A stretch of DNA of 40,817 bases from Chiloscyllium plagiosum. Lineage: Eukaryota. The notes beneath the pieces were generated by a model. That model saw only the letters and a list, made by a program, of their open reading frames with translations, had not been told where the DNA came from and searched no databases. Every line of letters begins with the position of its first letter. Positions within the stretch are counted from its first letter, which is position 1. Both the position numbers and the translations under genes were made by a program. The DNA lies in assembly GCF_004010195.1 (NCBI RefSeq), contig NC_057758.1, forward strand, positions 1,261,124 through 1,301,940, written 5' to 3'. Positions 11,857 through 24,431 of this stretch are shown piece by piece.

Positions 11857-12449
11857 AACAGATATTTTCTCTTGATCTATGTTTTGCTGTTTCTGTCTCT
11901 TCCTTTTACCACGATCTCACTCCTCTCCTTCGCTACTTTCCAGTCAGATGACGTCTCCACAGTTCTTTCTCCTTGTCTTGTATATGTCCAGAAGGTGAAA
12001 TGTTTCTGATTTTAATCCTTAGTCGTTTTTTAAAAATATTGCCTCTGAGTTGGAATTGCCATGTTACGATTCACCATTCTGTTTGACACCAGAACGTGAA
12101 CCAATGGCTCACTTTATATCTGTGATAAACACAGACAAGGCTGAATGTCACCAATTCACACTTGAAAATTACATGAAATCCCGGAGATGTAGTTTCTGCA
12201 GAACATACAACACATATGCATGCTCGCCAAATCTATGTCAATCATAGAGGATGTATACATTTCTGATTCATTTGCCAAATTTCCAGCAGCTGCAATTCTT
12301 GACTTCTGTCACAGATTTCAATCGACGGGTTGTGACGGTCATGAAAAAGCCCCCTGATTAATGACCAACCTTGATCATTAACCTTTAGCTCATTGCAGCC
12401 TTGATTCATTTGTTAAATAAGCTGCATCATTGCAGTGAGCTTTCTTTTT

Positions 12450-12790
12450 CCTTCATTTGTTCACTGGGTGAGGCTGTCCCTTGCCAGGCCATCATTTACT
12501 GACCAGCTCTAATTGTCCTGAATGCAGTTAGGATACAACTACATTGCTGTGGGTGTTCAATTCTATGAAGTCCGGACCAGAAAAGGATGGACATCGCCTT
12601 CCTTCCAAAGTGAAGCACTTCATTTCCCCTACAATGATTCCATGGTCTCATTGAACACTTATTTTCGGATTTTCTAAAAAAAATTGTAAGTAAAGTTCAC
12701 CTTCTGCCCTGCCTAAATTTGAACTCCGATCCCCAAAACATTACCTGGAACATTAACCGCATTAATATCAGTAGACCATCACCTTCCCAC
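12450..12790 (-). mobile_element. Diverged Deu-domain (SacSINE1-like) SINE
   Basis: ggccatcatttactgaccagctctaattg, cattgctgtgggt and ccccaaaacattacctgg resemble the shark DeuSINE consensus as I recall it. Confidence 0.55.
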
Positions 12791-13344
12791 ATCATAGGGC
12801 AAGCGTAGGTTTCAAGGATCCCCGAGAAATCGAGAGTCAAAACGAACCAGATAGGGAAAACTTTCATTAGCTGGCATCTAACGAGGCACAAAAAGAATGA
12901 TGGTTGCGATTTTGGGGCCATGTCAGCTCCAGTACACCTGAGGCAGATTTCCTGATGGTAATTTACTAAGTTTCTCGTTAGGATGAAATTATCTCCATAT
13001 CAAGGTCAGAAAGAATAATCCTTGCTGAAGATCGGACAACATTCAGGATCATGCAGTACTCCTCAGACAGTGAAACAAAGCATCCAAAGTTGAAATGAGA
13101 GAGTCGCACTCAGGTGTAGAATTTATCGGCAAAAGGAATCAATGGGCAGCGAGATGAAAAGGTTATACAAATGGTATGAGTGGAGTGTAGACGCGCTGAA
13201 TGATAAGTATTTGAATTTAATCAAAAGTATCAGCTGGTGTGAGTAAACAGTCAACTGTTGATTAAAAAGTGAACGATGACCAGCGATCAGAATTAGTGAG
13301 AGATAGAGATAATTACAAAATATTAAAAATACTATGGCGCTAAA

Positions 13345-13745
13345 TCTTTCACAGAAACCTTTCCAACATTCAGGACAACATTGATCACCAAAGCACACAA
13401 TCCTGCCTTGGCAATCTCTGCAAGACATGTCAGATTATCGACATATATACCACCATCAGACGTGGGAACACCACGTACATTGCAGATACCCAAGTGACTC
13501 TGCCATAGTTGTCAACCTCATATGTTGGAGGCAAGGATTCACAGAGACATGGTTGTATTGGCAAGACCATGCAGACGCTGTGGCAATTAGTGAATGGACA
13601 CCGAATAATTGCCATACAGGAATCTTCCTTCCCAGTCAGCACACATTTCAGTCGTCAAGGGCACTTAGCCTCCAACCGTTGAGTATGATTCCTCCAAGGC
13701 GGTCTTTGAGATACACAATAATACAGAATGGCCTACTAGAAACTG
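13345..13745 (+). mobile_element. Penelope-like element GIY-YIG endonuclease fragment
   Basis: Frameshifted PCLGNLCKTCQIID..DSAIVVNLICWRQG..CIGKTMQTL..NGHR..FPVSTHF..LQGGL. Ends at a gap. Confidence 0.8.
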
Positions 13746-14245
13746 NNNNNNNNNNNNNNNNNNNNNNNNNNNNNNNNNNNNNNNNNNNNNNNNNNNNNNN
13801 NNNNNNNNNNNNNNNNNNNNNNNNNNNNNNNNNNNNNNNNNNNNNNNNNNNNNNNNNNNNNNNNNNNNNNNNNNNNNNNNNNNNNNNNNNNNNNNNNNNN
13901 NNNNNNNNNNNNNNNNNNNNNNNNNNNNNNNNNNNNNNNNNNNNNNNNNNNNNNNNNNNNNNNNNNNNNNNNNNNNNNNNNNNNNNNNNNNNNNNNNNNN
14001 NNNNNNNNNNNNNNNNNNNNNNNNNNNNNNNNNNNNNNNNNNNNNNNNNNNNNNNNNNNNNNNNNNNNNNNNNNNNNNNNNNNNNNNNNNNNNNNNNNNN
14101 NNNNNNNNNNNNNNNNNNNNNNNNNNNNNNNNNNNNNNNNNNNNNNNNNNNNNNNNNNNNNNNNNNNNNNNNNNNNNNNNNNNNNNNNNNNNNNNNNNNN
14201 NNNNNNNNNNNNNNNNNNNNNNNNNNNNNNNNNNNNNNNNNNNNN
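13746..14245. other. Assembly gap (500 N)
   Basis: Run of N. Confidence 1.
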
Positions 14246-15705
14246 GGAGTGATTCACAGTGCAGCGAGCAATGGAGAGAGTGGAATTGCACCCCTCTGGA
14301 AGTCTGCTGCCCTCAGCTCGAGATGTATGCTCAAGCTGCTACCGCCATGTTCATCAGCTGCGTTCACAAGATAGTGTAAACTATTAGCCAGGCACAACGC
14401 CATCCAGTCTTGCAAGACCAATCACAACTAGCAGACAAAATACAATGGACTACTGCAAAGAAGCTGCAGTGAAATGAACAATCAGGACCATTACAGACAA
14501 CTGATCCAACGAAAGAACACAATTGTCAACTCACCAGAATGATCAAGACCTTTCATTCAGAGCGTCAAAATACCCTATGCACTTCCACGTACTTCTCACA
14601 GAGGAGATTGCTACCGCCTTCTGAAGACACAAAAAGCTAACATACTTGGATGGTTACAGGATCCTGTGTGAGAATCTCTCTGGCTATGTCAAGGGAATCT
14701 TGAAACCCATTGTTCAAGGAACCCCCAGCTTCTGTTGTGACACCAAAGATTTCTTACAGAACCCATGGCCAATCGAACCAGAAACATTCCTCTTCACAAT
14801 GGACGTTTCGGCACTCTATGCCACTATCCCCCCTTGATGACAGCATCATTGTAACAACCTCAATACTCAATACCAACAATCAACAGTTCCCAGGCACAAT
14901 CATACAACTCATTTTCTTCATCATCGTCGACCCCAACATCTTAATCTTCGATAAACAGTTCTGCATCTGAACACATGGAGCAGTCATGAGGACCAAATTT
15001 GCACCCCAATATGTCAACATTTTCATGCACAAGTTAGCTTTGCTGCACAGGGCCTCCAATCAACCTTGTGCATCAGATACATTGATGACATTTTTTCCTT
15101 TGGACTCATGGTGAGGAACCACTGAAACGCTGATACAACAATGTCAGCAAGATTTATCCCACCATGGATTACTCTTCAGAATCAGACTCATCCTTGGACA
15201 CCTCAGTACTACACTCTACTGCAAGCCCAAGTATAACTTCACGATACTGCCCTTCTCTAGTTTCCATCCTAAACATATTAAGGAAGCCATCCCCTATGGA
15301 TAAACCTTATGCATAAACAGGATATGCTCAATCAAAGAAGAACATGACAGACGCCCGAAGATCCTGAAAGACATGCTCACAAGAAGATGCTGAACACATC
15401 GATCACCATTTCTGATTTGCCACAGCCAAAAACTGCAACGCCCTTCTCAGAAGACAGCCATTCCTCAGAGTGCCCTTCGGCCTCCAGCATTTCCCCAGAG
15501 TGTAGAAACTACGCCAAGTTCTTCAACATACCATCGATGACGATGAACATCTCACCAAGGTCATCTCCATGCCTCCGTTTCTTGCCTTCAAACAGAAACC
15601 AAACCTTAAACAGATCATCGTTCACAGCAAACTACGAGGCCTTCAGGACAACATCGAATACAACACCACACAACACTGCCATAGCAACCTCTGCAAGACA
15701 TCTGT
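14246..15705 (+). mobile_element. Decayed Penelope-like element reverse transcriptase
   Basis: ENLSGYVKGILKPIVQGTPSFCCDTKDFL, TMDVSALYATIP, THGAVMRTKFAPQYVNIFM, RYIDDIF, AIPYG, PPFLAFKQKPNLKQIIVHSKL and HCHSNLCKT are PLE RT, thumb and linker motifs. Confidence 0.88.
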
Positions 15706-15924
15706 ATCTCACTCCTGCCTATGTGTTACAGTGAATATGATGCATCCGGAAACCCGGAATTGAACACCAACCTATAACTCACTCCTGGGCGTCATCCTGA
15801 ACTCCTTCATCAAATTCCAGCCTGTAACTTAATCTCGGGTACCTGTCACAATATAAACACCACGATGCCTGAAATTACAATTCCGTAGAATTCAGCAAAC
15901 CAGGATTAATCTTTATGGAATTAG

Positions 15925-16402
15925 GGAAGAGATTTTACAAGGATGTTGCTAGGACTCAACGGTCTGTGTTATAGGGAGAGACTGGATAAGCTAGAACTAC
16001 TTTCTTAAGAGCGTACGAGACTGAAGGGGGATCTTACAGAAGTGTATAGGATCATGAGAGGCATGAGAGTGAATGTACTCTCTTTTTCCGAGTTTGGGGA
16101 ATCGAGGATAAGAGAACATCAGTTTAAGGTTAGGGGGGGAAGAATAAAAGGGAACCTAAGGGGCAATTATTTTAGAAGGTGTGTGGTATGCATATGGAAT
16201 GAGCTGCTAGCAGAAGTGGTCGAGACGGGTCCATTACCTATATTTAAAGACATCTGGACAAATACATGGATAGGAATGGTGTAGAAGCTTTATGGACCAA
16301 GTGCAGGCAAATGGAGTTAACAGCGGTTGGGCATTTTGTTCAGCATGACCAGTTTGGGCCAAACGGCCTGTCTCCATGCTGTAGGACTCTATGACTGTAT
16401 GA
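15925..16402 (+). mobile_element. CR1-type LINE 3' fragment
   Basis: RLKGDLTEVYRIMRG..LRGNYF..WNEL; gactctatga tail. Confidence 0.85.
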
Positions 16403-16784
16403 GATCTCCATCTCACTTTCTCTCCCCACGGCACACGTTAATGCTACTCTGAAGGAATCTCATCCACATACCAGTATAGGAGCTTGAGATTAAAAATCAT
16501 GAGGGGGCAATTCAACTGCTTGAGCCTACTATGCCATGCTGATAGCATCTCAGTGTCAACACCACTTTTCTGTGCACTCCTCATAATCCCTTGACAAGTT
16601 ACGATATTAAAATAAAATCAGTCCTCCTACAATCTATTCAACCACACTCTGGACGACTGCATTCCATTGTTTTCACAAACAGTTGGAATAAATTGTCCTC
16701 AGCATTCCTTTAAATCTGATACCCCTGATCATCAATTTTTCTTTAGTCTCTCACGGAGTGGGGGGACTGTTTTCTTGAACTGTT

Positions 16785-17110
16785 ATAGACCATGTTTTGT
16801 AGGTTGACCTACAATGCCCTGAAGGAGGGAATTCCAGGATTTTGACTCAGCGACACTGAAGGAATGGCTGATATATTTCCAAGTCAGGATGATAAATGAC
16901 TTGGAGGGAAACACGCAGAGGTGGTGTTCCCATCTATCTGTTGTCCTTGCCCTTTTACATGGCAGTAACCTTGGGTTTGGTAGGTGGTCTCTGAGGATCT
17001 TTGGTGACTTTCTGCAGGCCATTTTGTACACGGTACCTACTGCTGGTACTGGGTATTGCTGGTGGAAGGAGTGGATGTGGGGGTAGACTGCCAAGCAATC
17101 CAGTGACTGT
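16785..17110 (-). mobile_element. LINE (CR1/L2-like) 3' ORF2 fragment
   Basis: ORF 16783-17121 has IHSFHQQ..GTVYKMAC..SPKILRDHLPNP and SFSVAESKSWNSL, typical of LINE ORF2 tails. Confidence 0.65.
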
Positions 17111-17112
17111 CT

Positions 17113-17460
17113 GGGTGGCACAGTGGCTTTTGGGCAGTACGTGGCTCAGTGGTTAGCACTGCTCTCTCAAAGCACCAGGGACCCAGGCTCGATTCCTGCC
17201 TCGGGCCACTGTTTGTGTGGAGTTTGCACTTTCTGCCTGGGTGGCTGCCTGGGTTTTCACCGGCTATTCCAATTTCCTCCCACAGTCCAAAGATGTCCTG
17301 GGTCAGGTGAATTGGCCAAGCTAAATTGCCCATAGTGTTAGGTCCATTGTCAGGGGTAAATGTAGGGGATTGGTCTGGGTGGATAACTCTTTGGAGGTTC
17401 GGTGTGGACTTATTGGGCCAAATGGCCTGTTTCCACACTGTCGGAAATCTATTCTAATAA
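17113..17460 (+). mobile_element. HE1-type SINE
   Basis: gtggctcagtggttagcactgc head (partly duplicated), tcccacagtccaaagatgt core and cctgtttccacactgt end. Confidence 0.88.
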
Positions 17461-17474
17461 TTAAAAAAGCAATA

Positions 17475-20095
17475 ATAAATAAGAAGGGAATAGTGACATT
17501 ATTGGGGTTGCACTATAAGCCCCCAAATGGTCAATGGGAATTAGAAGAACAAACATGCTGGGAGATTTTGGAGACTTGCAGGAGAATTGGGGTTGTCATA
17601 GTAGGGGATTTTAAGTTTCGAAATATAGACAAGGACTGCTAGAACGTTAAAGGCTTAGATATTGGGGAATTTTTTCAGTGTGTTCAGGGAAGTTTCCTCA
17701 AACAGCTTATAGATGATCATACTCAGGAAGGGCAAAGCTCGACCTTCTCTTGGACAAAAGGGTAGGACATTTGATGGAGGTGACAGTGGAGGAGTACTTT
17801 GGGAGCGGTGACCATAATTGTATTAATGTTAAAATAGTTATAGGGAGTGATAAAACTAGTCCACAGGTTCAAGTTCTCAATTGGGGTGGGGAGAAGTTTG
17901 AAGAAATGAGACATGACCTTGCAAGTCTTGATTGGAGAGGTTTGCTTGCAGACAATGTGTCCTCTGGCAAGTGGGATAGCTAGAGTTCAGGGTCATTATG
18001 TCCCTATGAGAGTGAAGGGCAAGGTTGGCAGGAATATGCAACCCTGGTTGACATGAAATCTTGAGGCTTTGACCAAAAGAAAGGCGGAGACATGGCTCAG
18101 GTGCAGGCAGATGGGAACAAGGGAATCCCTGAAGATGTATGGAGCATAAAGGATTTTATTGGAGAAGAGAATTAGGTTGGTGGAAAGGGAGCATATTGAT
18201 AGCCTTCGCTGAGAAGATTGGGGTGAATCCAAAGAGGTTCTTAAAGTATATTTAAGGAAATGGATAAATTAGAGAGTAAATAGGACCGCTCCAGGACTAA
18301 AGTGGTCATGCATGTATAGAACCACAGGAGGTGGGTGAAGTGCTTGGTGAATATTTCTCCTCTGTGTTTACCACAGACATGATGACTCGGGAACTTGGGG
18401 AAGTTAGTGGTGATACCTTGCAGACAGTCTATATAACAGTAGAGGAGGCGTTAGACATAGTAATATATACAAAGTTGGATTAGTCGTTTGCTGCTGACCA
18501 GATATATCCAAGAACTCTGCAAGAAGTTAGATAAGACCTTGCAGGGATCCTGGTTGATATTTTTGCATAATCGTTAGCCGGGGTGAAGTGCCACAAAACT
18601 GGAATATAGTGGATGTTGTGCCCTACAACAAGAGGGCGGCAAACAAAAACTGGGAGCCACAGAACAGTAAACTTACCATCTGTGCTAAGTAAGTAAGTTT
18701 AGAAGATTCTGAGGGTTAAGATATGCATACATTTAGAAAGACAGGGTATGGTTAGGCGTAGTCAGTATGGCTTTGTGCATGGTAGATAATGCCTCACAAA
18801 TCTGTTCGATTTCTTGGATGAAGTGAACAGAGAGGATGGTAAGGGCAGACCAGTAGTCATAGTTTCCATGGATTTCAGTAAGGCCTTTGATAATGTTCCA
18901 AGTGGTAGGCTGTTCTGGAAGGTTAGATCGCATGGAATTGAGGGGGAGCTCGCAAATTGGACACACAGTCGGCTTGATGGTCGGAATCAGAGTGTAATAA
19001 TGGAAGGATGCATGTCAGATTAGAGGCCTGTGACTCCTGTAGAGTGGCTCGGGAATCGGTGCTGTGTCCATTGCTGTTTGTTATGGATATCAATGCTTTG
19101 GGAGAAAATGTCCAAGGAGAAAGTGAGGACTGCAGATGGTGGGGATCAGAGCTTAAAAATGCGTTGCTGGAAAAGCGCAGCAGGTCAGGCAGCATCAAAG
19201 GAGAAGGAGAATCGACGTTTCGAGCATAAGCCAGAATGTCCAAGACATGAATACAAGTTTTGCAGATGGCACTAAAATAGGTGATATCATGGACAGTGAA
19301 GAAGGGGATCAGAAATTTCAGCAGGACCCTCTTCTGCTGGGAAAGTAGGCGACAAATGGCAAATGGAGTTTAATATACGTGAGAGTCTTGCATTTTGCAA
19401 AGTCAAATCAAGATAGGAGTTTTATGGGGAATGGAAGGAACGTAAGGAGTGTAATGGAACAGAGAGACCTTGAAGTTCAGGTGTGTGGTTTTCTGAAAGT
19501 GGAATCACAGGTAGACAAGAGAACTTGGGAAGTTACATTGAAATTGTACAGGACTTTAGTGAGGCCGAACTTGGAGTATTTTATTCAGTTCTGTGAATGT
19601 TACTGAACTGGAAAGCGTGCAGAAGAAATTCAGAAGGGTGTTGCCAGGACTCAACTGTAAGAGTTACAGTGTGAGGTTGGACAAGCGAGGACCTTTTTTT
19701 CTTTCGAGTGCAGGAGTCTGAAGGAGTAAATTATAAAAGTGTATAAGGTCATGAGGGGCATGGAATAGGTTGAATGAACTCATTCTTTTTTCCCTGATTT
19801 GGGAAATTGAGAACAAGAGGGCATCAGTTTAAAGTTAGAGAGGAATGAATAAAAGGGAACCTGAAGGGAATCTTTTTTTACACAAAGGGCGGTACGCATA
19901 TGAAATGAGCTGCCAAAGGAAGTGGTTGAGGCGAGTACATTAGCAACAATTAAAAGGCACTTGGACAAATACACGTAGAAGAATGGTTTAGAAGTATATG
20001 GGCCAAGTGCGAGGAAATGGGCTGATCGTGGATGGACATGTTGCTGGACATAGAACAGTTTGGTCTCCGTGCTGTACGACTCTCTGACTCTCTGA
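17475..20095 (+). mobile_element. Decayed CR1-type LINE ORF2 (endonuclease and RT)
   Basis: GLHYKPPNG..VIVGDFK, EYFGSGDHN, QYGFVHGR, MDFSKAFDNVP, KFADGTK and LYRTLVRPNLEY; gactctctga tail. Confidence 0.9.
19117..19234. mobile_element. Half hairpin element inserted into CR1 with a 10-bp flanking duplication
   Basis: gctggaaaagcgcagcaggtcaggcagcatc..atcgacgtttcg flanked by aatgtccaag at 19107-19116 and 19235-19244. Confidence 0.8.
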
Positions 20096-20220
20096 TGGGT
20101 TAATCTAAGAATTGAAGAAGTGATTGAGAGATATAAAATGATGAGTGTCTGGGATAAGGCAGACAGGAAGAAACACTTCACTTTGTTAAAAGGATCACTG
20201 GCCTGGAAGATATATGGGAT

Positions 20221-20395
20221 GGAAAAGCACAGCTGGTCAGGCAGCATCCGAGGAGCAAGAAAAATGACATTTCCGGCAAAAGAACTTCATCAGGAATGAT
20301 GAAGGGCTTTTGCCTGAAACGTCGTTTTTCCTACTACTCGGACGCTGTCCGACCTGCTGTGCTTTTCCAGCACCACTCTAATCTAGACTGCAGAT
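20221..20395. mobile_element. Hairpin element with two opposed degenerate hammerhead cores
   Basis: Inverted arms ggaaaagcacagctggtcaggcagcatccgag / ctcggacgctgtccgacctgctgtgcttttcc. The centre is cttcatcag-gaa-tgatgaagggcttttgcctgaaacgtc. Confidence 0.75.
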
Positions 20396-20544
20396 GTTAA
20401 ATACCTACAAAGTAAGTGTAATGTTGTGGGTGCTCCAATGCCTGGGCCTAACGGAGAGAAGGACTGGGTATGACATATTCCTGATCACAAGGTGTTCAGG
20501 TAAGTTAAGAAAATTTGCGATGGTAAATGTTGCAGATATTGGAG

Positions 20545-20602
20545 AGAGACGGGGGGAAGAGAGAGACAGAGAGAGAGAGAGAGACTGTGTGTGTGTGTGT
20601 GC
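20545..20602. repeat. Compound (GA)n(GT)n microsatellite
   Basis: Directly visible. Confidence 0.9.
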
Positions 20603-20899
20603 GCCAAACCAGCCCCTGCATAGTTACAAGAAATTGGGAATGTTGATTAGCACAGCTCATTGTAGGGCATTGAGACAGGTTGTCATCATTGGTTTCGATT
20701 TGATAAAGGTGACCAGGAATAACCAGGACTGGGTCAAGATGAAGGAAGCGGGTAGGGAGCTCACCCAGGTTAACTTTTGCACATCGTTTATGAGGTTCAT
20801 TGACAACAGAGCCGCGGGCTAGTGTTTAAGGCAGAGCTCGTTCAGACACAGTCACGTGGGGTACAAGTATAACAGCCAGGGCAAAACTGAAGCCATTTG

Positions 20900-22600
20900 T
20901 CATATCTGAAGCCTGATCCACCATTCAGTAGGATCGTGGCCGATTCTATGGTAAACCCATGCCTTCGGAAATCCAAGCCCCTTAAGGTCTGGATTGACCC
21001 ACACCAGAGACATCCTTCGCACGTCTGCCTTGTCCAAGTGATTCAGTGCTATAAACTCTTCCACCAGGTCACCCATCCACCAACCACCGACTCCACGAAC
21101 TCTTCAACCACGCAGCTGGAACCAGCCCAATATGCCCAACCTTCATCGAGGAAACCGTCCCCTGAACCAGCTCCAACACATTTAAATCCCTCCTTCAATA
21201 AGCAGAGCAGAACTGCAAACAACATTACAGATGTGGTCTCTCAGGCATCCTGCATAACGTTAACAACATATTTGTGTTCACTGCATCTCATCAGAAATAA
21301 TATCACTCCATTAGCTTCTTTCATTATGTTCTGTGTTTACACAATAACTTATTGAGACTCAAGCGCCTCAAGATGTAAATCCCTCTGCTCCTCAGATTTT
21401 TGAAGTCGCCGTCTTTTGAAGTAATATATGCTCTAACTTTAATATTTTGTTCCAATCTGCGCAATTTGCTATTTTCCCAGCTCGCGTCCAGCTGCCGTAT
21501 TTTCGCCCACTCCATTAACCTATCTCTGTGAGTCTGCAAGCACCTTGTGCCTTCCACACCTAACCCTGCCTTTCCTGCTGCTGCCTGTGAAATTTGCTCC
21601 ACACAATCCCTTCCTTATCTCAGACCATGATCAGAAAATGACTGACCTCTGTTTCCTTGTGTTTTTTTTTCGCATTACTACTACTCTTAACACTTTAAGA
21701 AAAGAAAAGTATTCTATCGCTGCAGAACACCTTGTGACATTATTGATGTTAGCTACCAGTCATCTCTGAATCTCACTCTTTGTTTCTATACAATTCATTC
21801 ACCTCGTCTCGAATGTTCTGATCATCTCTTGTTTTTTCATCAGTCAGAATCACACTGATTTCAACTTTATATTAGCACTTTTCCAACCATGACGCCAAGC
21901 ATTTGTTCGGGCTACCTGTCCAGCATGATAAAATAAATCTTGATCGTACTCGACCCTCACCTCTTTAAAGGTAGCACAATGCTTACTTTCAGTCTCTTCC
22001 AGCATCCCCTCATTGCAATCTTTCTGACTCCCTCTCTCTTCTTGCCCCTTTAAAGACCTCTCTCTGCCAAGTCTTATTCTGGATTGAGCTTTGCTCTTCT
22101 CCATCATCGTCCTGAATTTTCTGAAAGAGTAATCATTGTCTCCTGACTGTGTTCCCACTTGACAGACTTGTCTCACCTTATTTCGCAGAACCAGGGTTCA
22201 GCAATGTATCTTTTCTTGCTGACTGGATCCATGCAGCTGCAGGGAGGTTTCCCAAATAAAATTTCGGGAAGCTTACCTTTCACTGCCCCTTACACTGTCC
22301 CAGTCTACGTTTGAGTGTGCATTGTCACGGCATGGTAATTTGGGTATCCCTCGCTGAATCCTCAGAAGTTTGTTGCATCCTTCTTACAGGCCAATACAAT
22401 TCTTGTTCCTTCTATTTTGTCATCTTGATTCTGTCCTTGAGGTTTCTGGAATATCCCCTTTCTGCACACTGCAGTGCTATCTTGACTAATATTGAAAGAT
22501 TCCCTCCTGTCCGCCTCCTGTCTTTTCCGAACACCTTGTAAAAAGGACATTTTAACACAGTAATTATCTTTCTTACTTTTGTCTCTAACTGTCTACCCCA
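20900..22600 (-). mobile_element. Highly decayed CR1-type LINE
   Basis: Endonuclease-like YKVFGKDRRRTGGNLSILVK and NVDWDSVRGSE; RT-distal LQTHRDRLMEWAKIRQL. Confidence 0.6.
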
Positions 22601-23532
22601 GTCTATTGATTTCTCAATTTCTCCGTTGCACTTGCGTACTCTGTCCTTCACTCTCCCTCTTGCTCACTCTCATTCAGATTTTTGCTCTCACTACGTGCAA
22701 GGCTCTCTCTTGTCTATCTGTCTCTTTTTTCTCCCTCTGCATCTCTCGCAATTTTTCTCTCTCTCAATCATTTAGCTTGCTTTCNNNNNNNNNNNNNNCT
22801 CTCTCTGCCAAGTCTTATTCTGGATTGAGCTTTGCTCTTCTCCATCATCGTCCTGAATTTTCTGAAAGAGTAATCATTGTCTCCTGACTGTGTTCCCACT
22901 TGACAGACTTGCCTCACCTTATTTCGCAGAACCAGGGTTCAGCAATGTATCCTTTCTTGCTGACTGGATCCATGCAGCTGCAGGGAGGTTTCCTAAATAA
23001 AATTTCGGGAAGCTTACCTTTCACTGCCCCTTACACTGTCCCAGTCTACGTTTGAGTGTGCATTGTCACGGCATGGTAATTTGGGTATCCCTCGCTAAAT
23101 CCTCAGAAGTTTGTTGCATCCTTCTTACAGGCCAATACAATTGTATCTTCTTGTTCCTTCTATTTTGTCATCTTGATTCTATCCTTGAGGTTTCTGGAAT
23201 ATCCCCTTTCTGCACACTGCAGTGCTATCTTGACTAATATTGAAAGATTCCCTCCTGTCCGCCTCCTGTCTTTTCCGAACACCTTGTAAAAAGGACATTT
23301 TAACACAGTAATTATCTTTCTTACTTTTGTCTCTAACTGTCTACCCCAGTCTATTGATTTCTCAATTTCTCCGTTGCACTTGCGTACTCTGTCCTTCACT
23401 CTCCCTCTTGCTCACTCTCATTCAGATTTTTGCTCTCACTACGTGCAAGGCTCTCTCTTGTCTATCTGTCTCTTTTTTCTCCCTCTGCATCTCTCGCAAT
23501 TTTTCTCTCTCTCAATCATTTAGCTTGCTTTC
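22058..23532. repeat. Near-identical direct repeat (22058-22784 and 22799-23532) separated by a 14-N gap
   Basis: The copies differ by about five substitutions and a 7-bp indel (tgtatct). Both boundaries coincide with the gap. Confidence 0.95.
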
Positions 23533-23779
23533 GTTCCCGTCTGTGTATCTTTCTATTTCTGACTGTCGACCTCTGTCAATCACTGTCTTTCTTTCGGTGT
23601 CTCATTCTTTCTGCCTATCTATTCCTCCTTCCTTTCTGTGTCTTTCTTTCCATTTCTTATTCTCTTTCGTCTGTGTCGCTATATGTCTGCATCAAATCGC
23701 TTTCCCAGAATCTTTCTCTGACTCACACATTTCTCTCTCTTTTCGTATATCACTGTCCCTCAAAGTGTTCAATTAAAAC

Positions 23780-24215
23780 ATGAAATGTTATGAGCAGAAG
23801 CAGGCTACTCAGCCCCATAGATCGATCTAGAATTTTATATGATCATGGTTGATCTCATATTGGGACTCATCCCCACTTCTTTCGTCATTCCCTCAACTTA
23901 TTACTAATTTAAAATCTGTGCATTTCATCCTCAAACGTCTTTCGTGCCCCTGCCATGCACCACTCTCAATGAATTCCACATATGCATGATCTTTGCGAGA
24001 AGGAATTCCGCTTCATCTCTGTTTTATCGTAAACCTACGACCTCTCGTTCTAGATTTTTCCCAGAATGAGGAATCATTGTCTCTAATCTGCTTTGTCAGT
24101 TCCTTCAGCATCTCTTAGATCTTAATTAGATCTCCTATCAATCTTCTAAACATCATGAGAGTATAGTCCTAAACTGTTCAATCTTTATCCAGAAGGCAAA
24201 CCCGTCACCTCTGGA
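23780..24215 (-). mobile_element. Diverged CR1-type LINE 3' end
   Basis: gagcagaagcaggctactcagccc..gatcatggttgatct resembles the LINE 3' UTR at 5035-5110. Confidence 0.6.
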
Positions 24216-24431
24216 ATTTATCAAGTGTTTATTGCAAATTTCTTAAACAAAGCAGTTTTAGTGAAAATTGAACAATAAGGAATGTCAGGACTTTTGCTTC
24301 CATCAGTTTGAAATTTCTCCAATAGATCATAAGATTATTGAACAAATGTTCTTCAGTCCTAATAACCCTGTCAGAGGACACTAAATTACTTGTCTTCTTT
24401 ATTTATTCATCAACTTTTTTTTCCTGCAGAT

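Noticed and set aside
13427..14374. Long ORFs here and at 37932-38568
   Set aside because: They are open only because they cross N gaps.
22262..22560. Minus-strand AG|GTAAGC donor-like site with upstream ORFs
   Set aside because: It lies within decayed CR1 endonuclease sequence.
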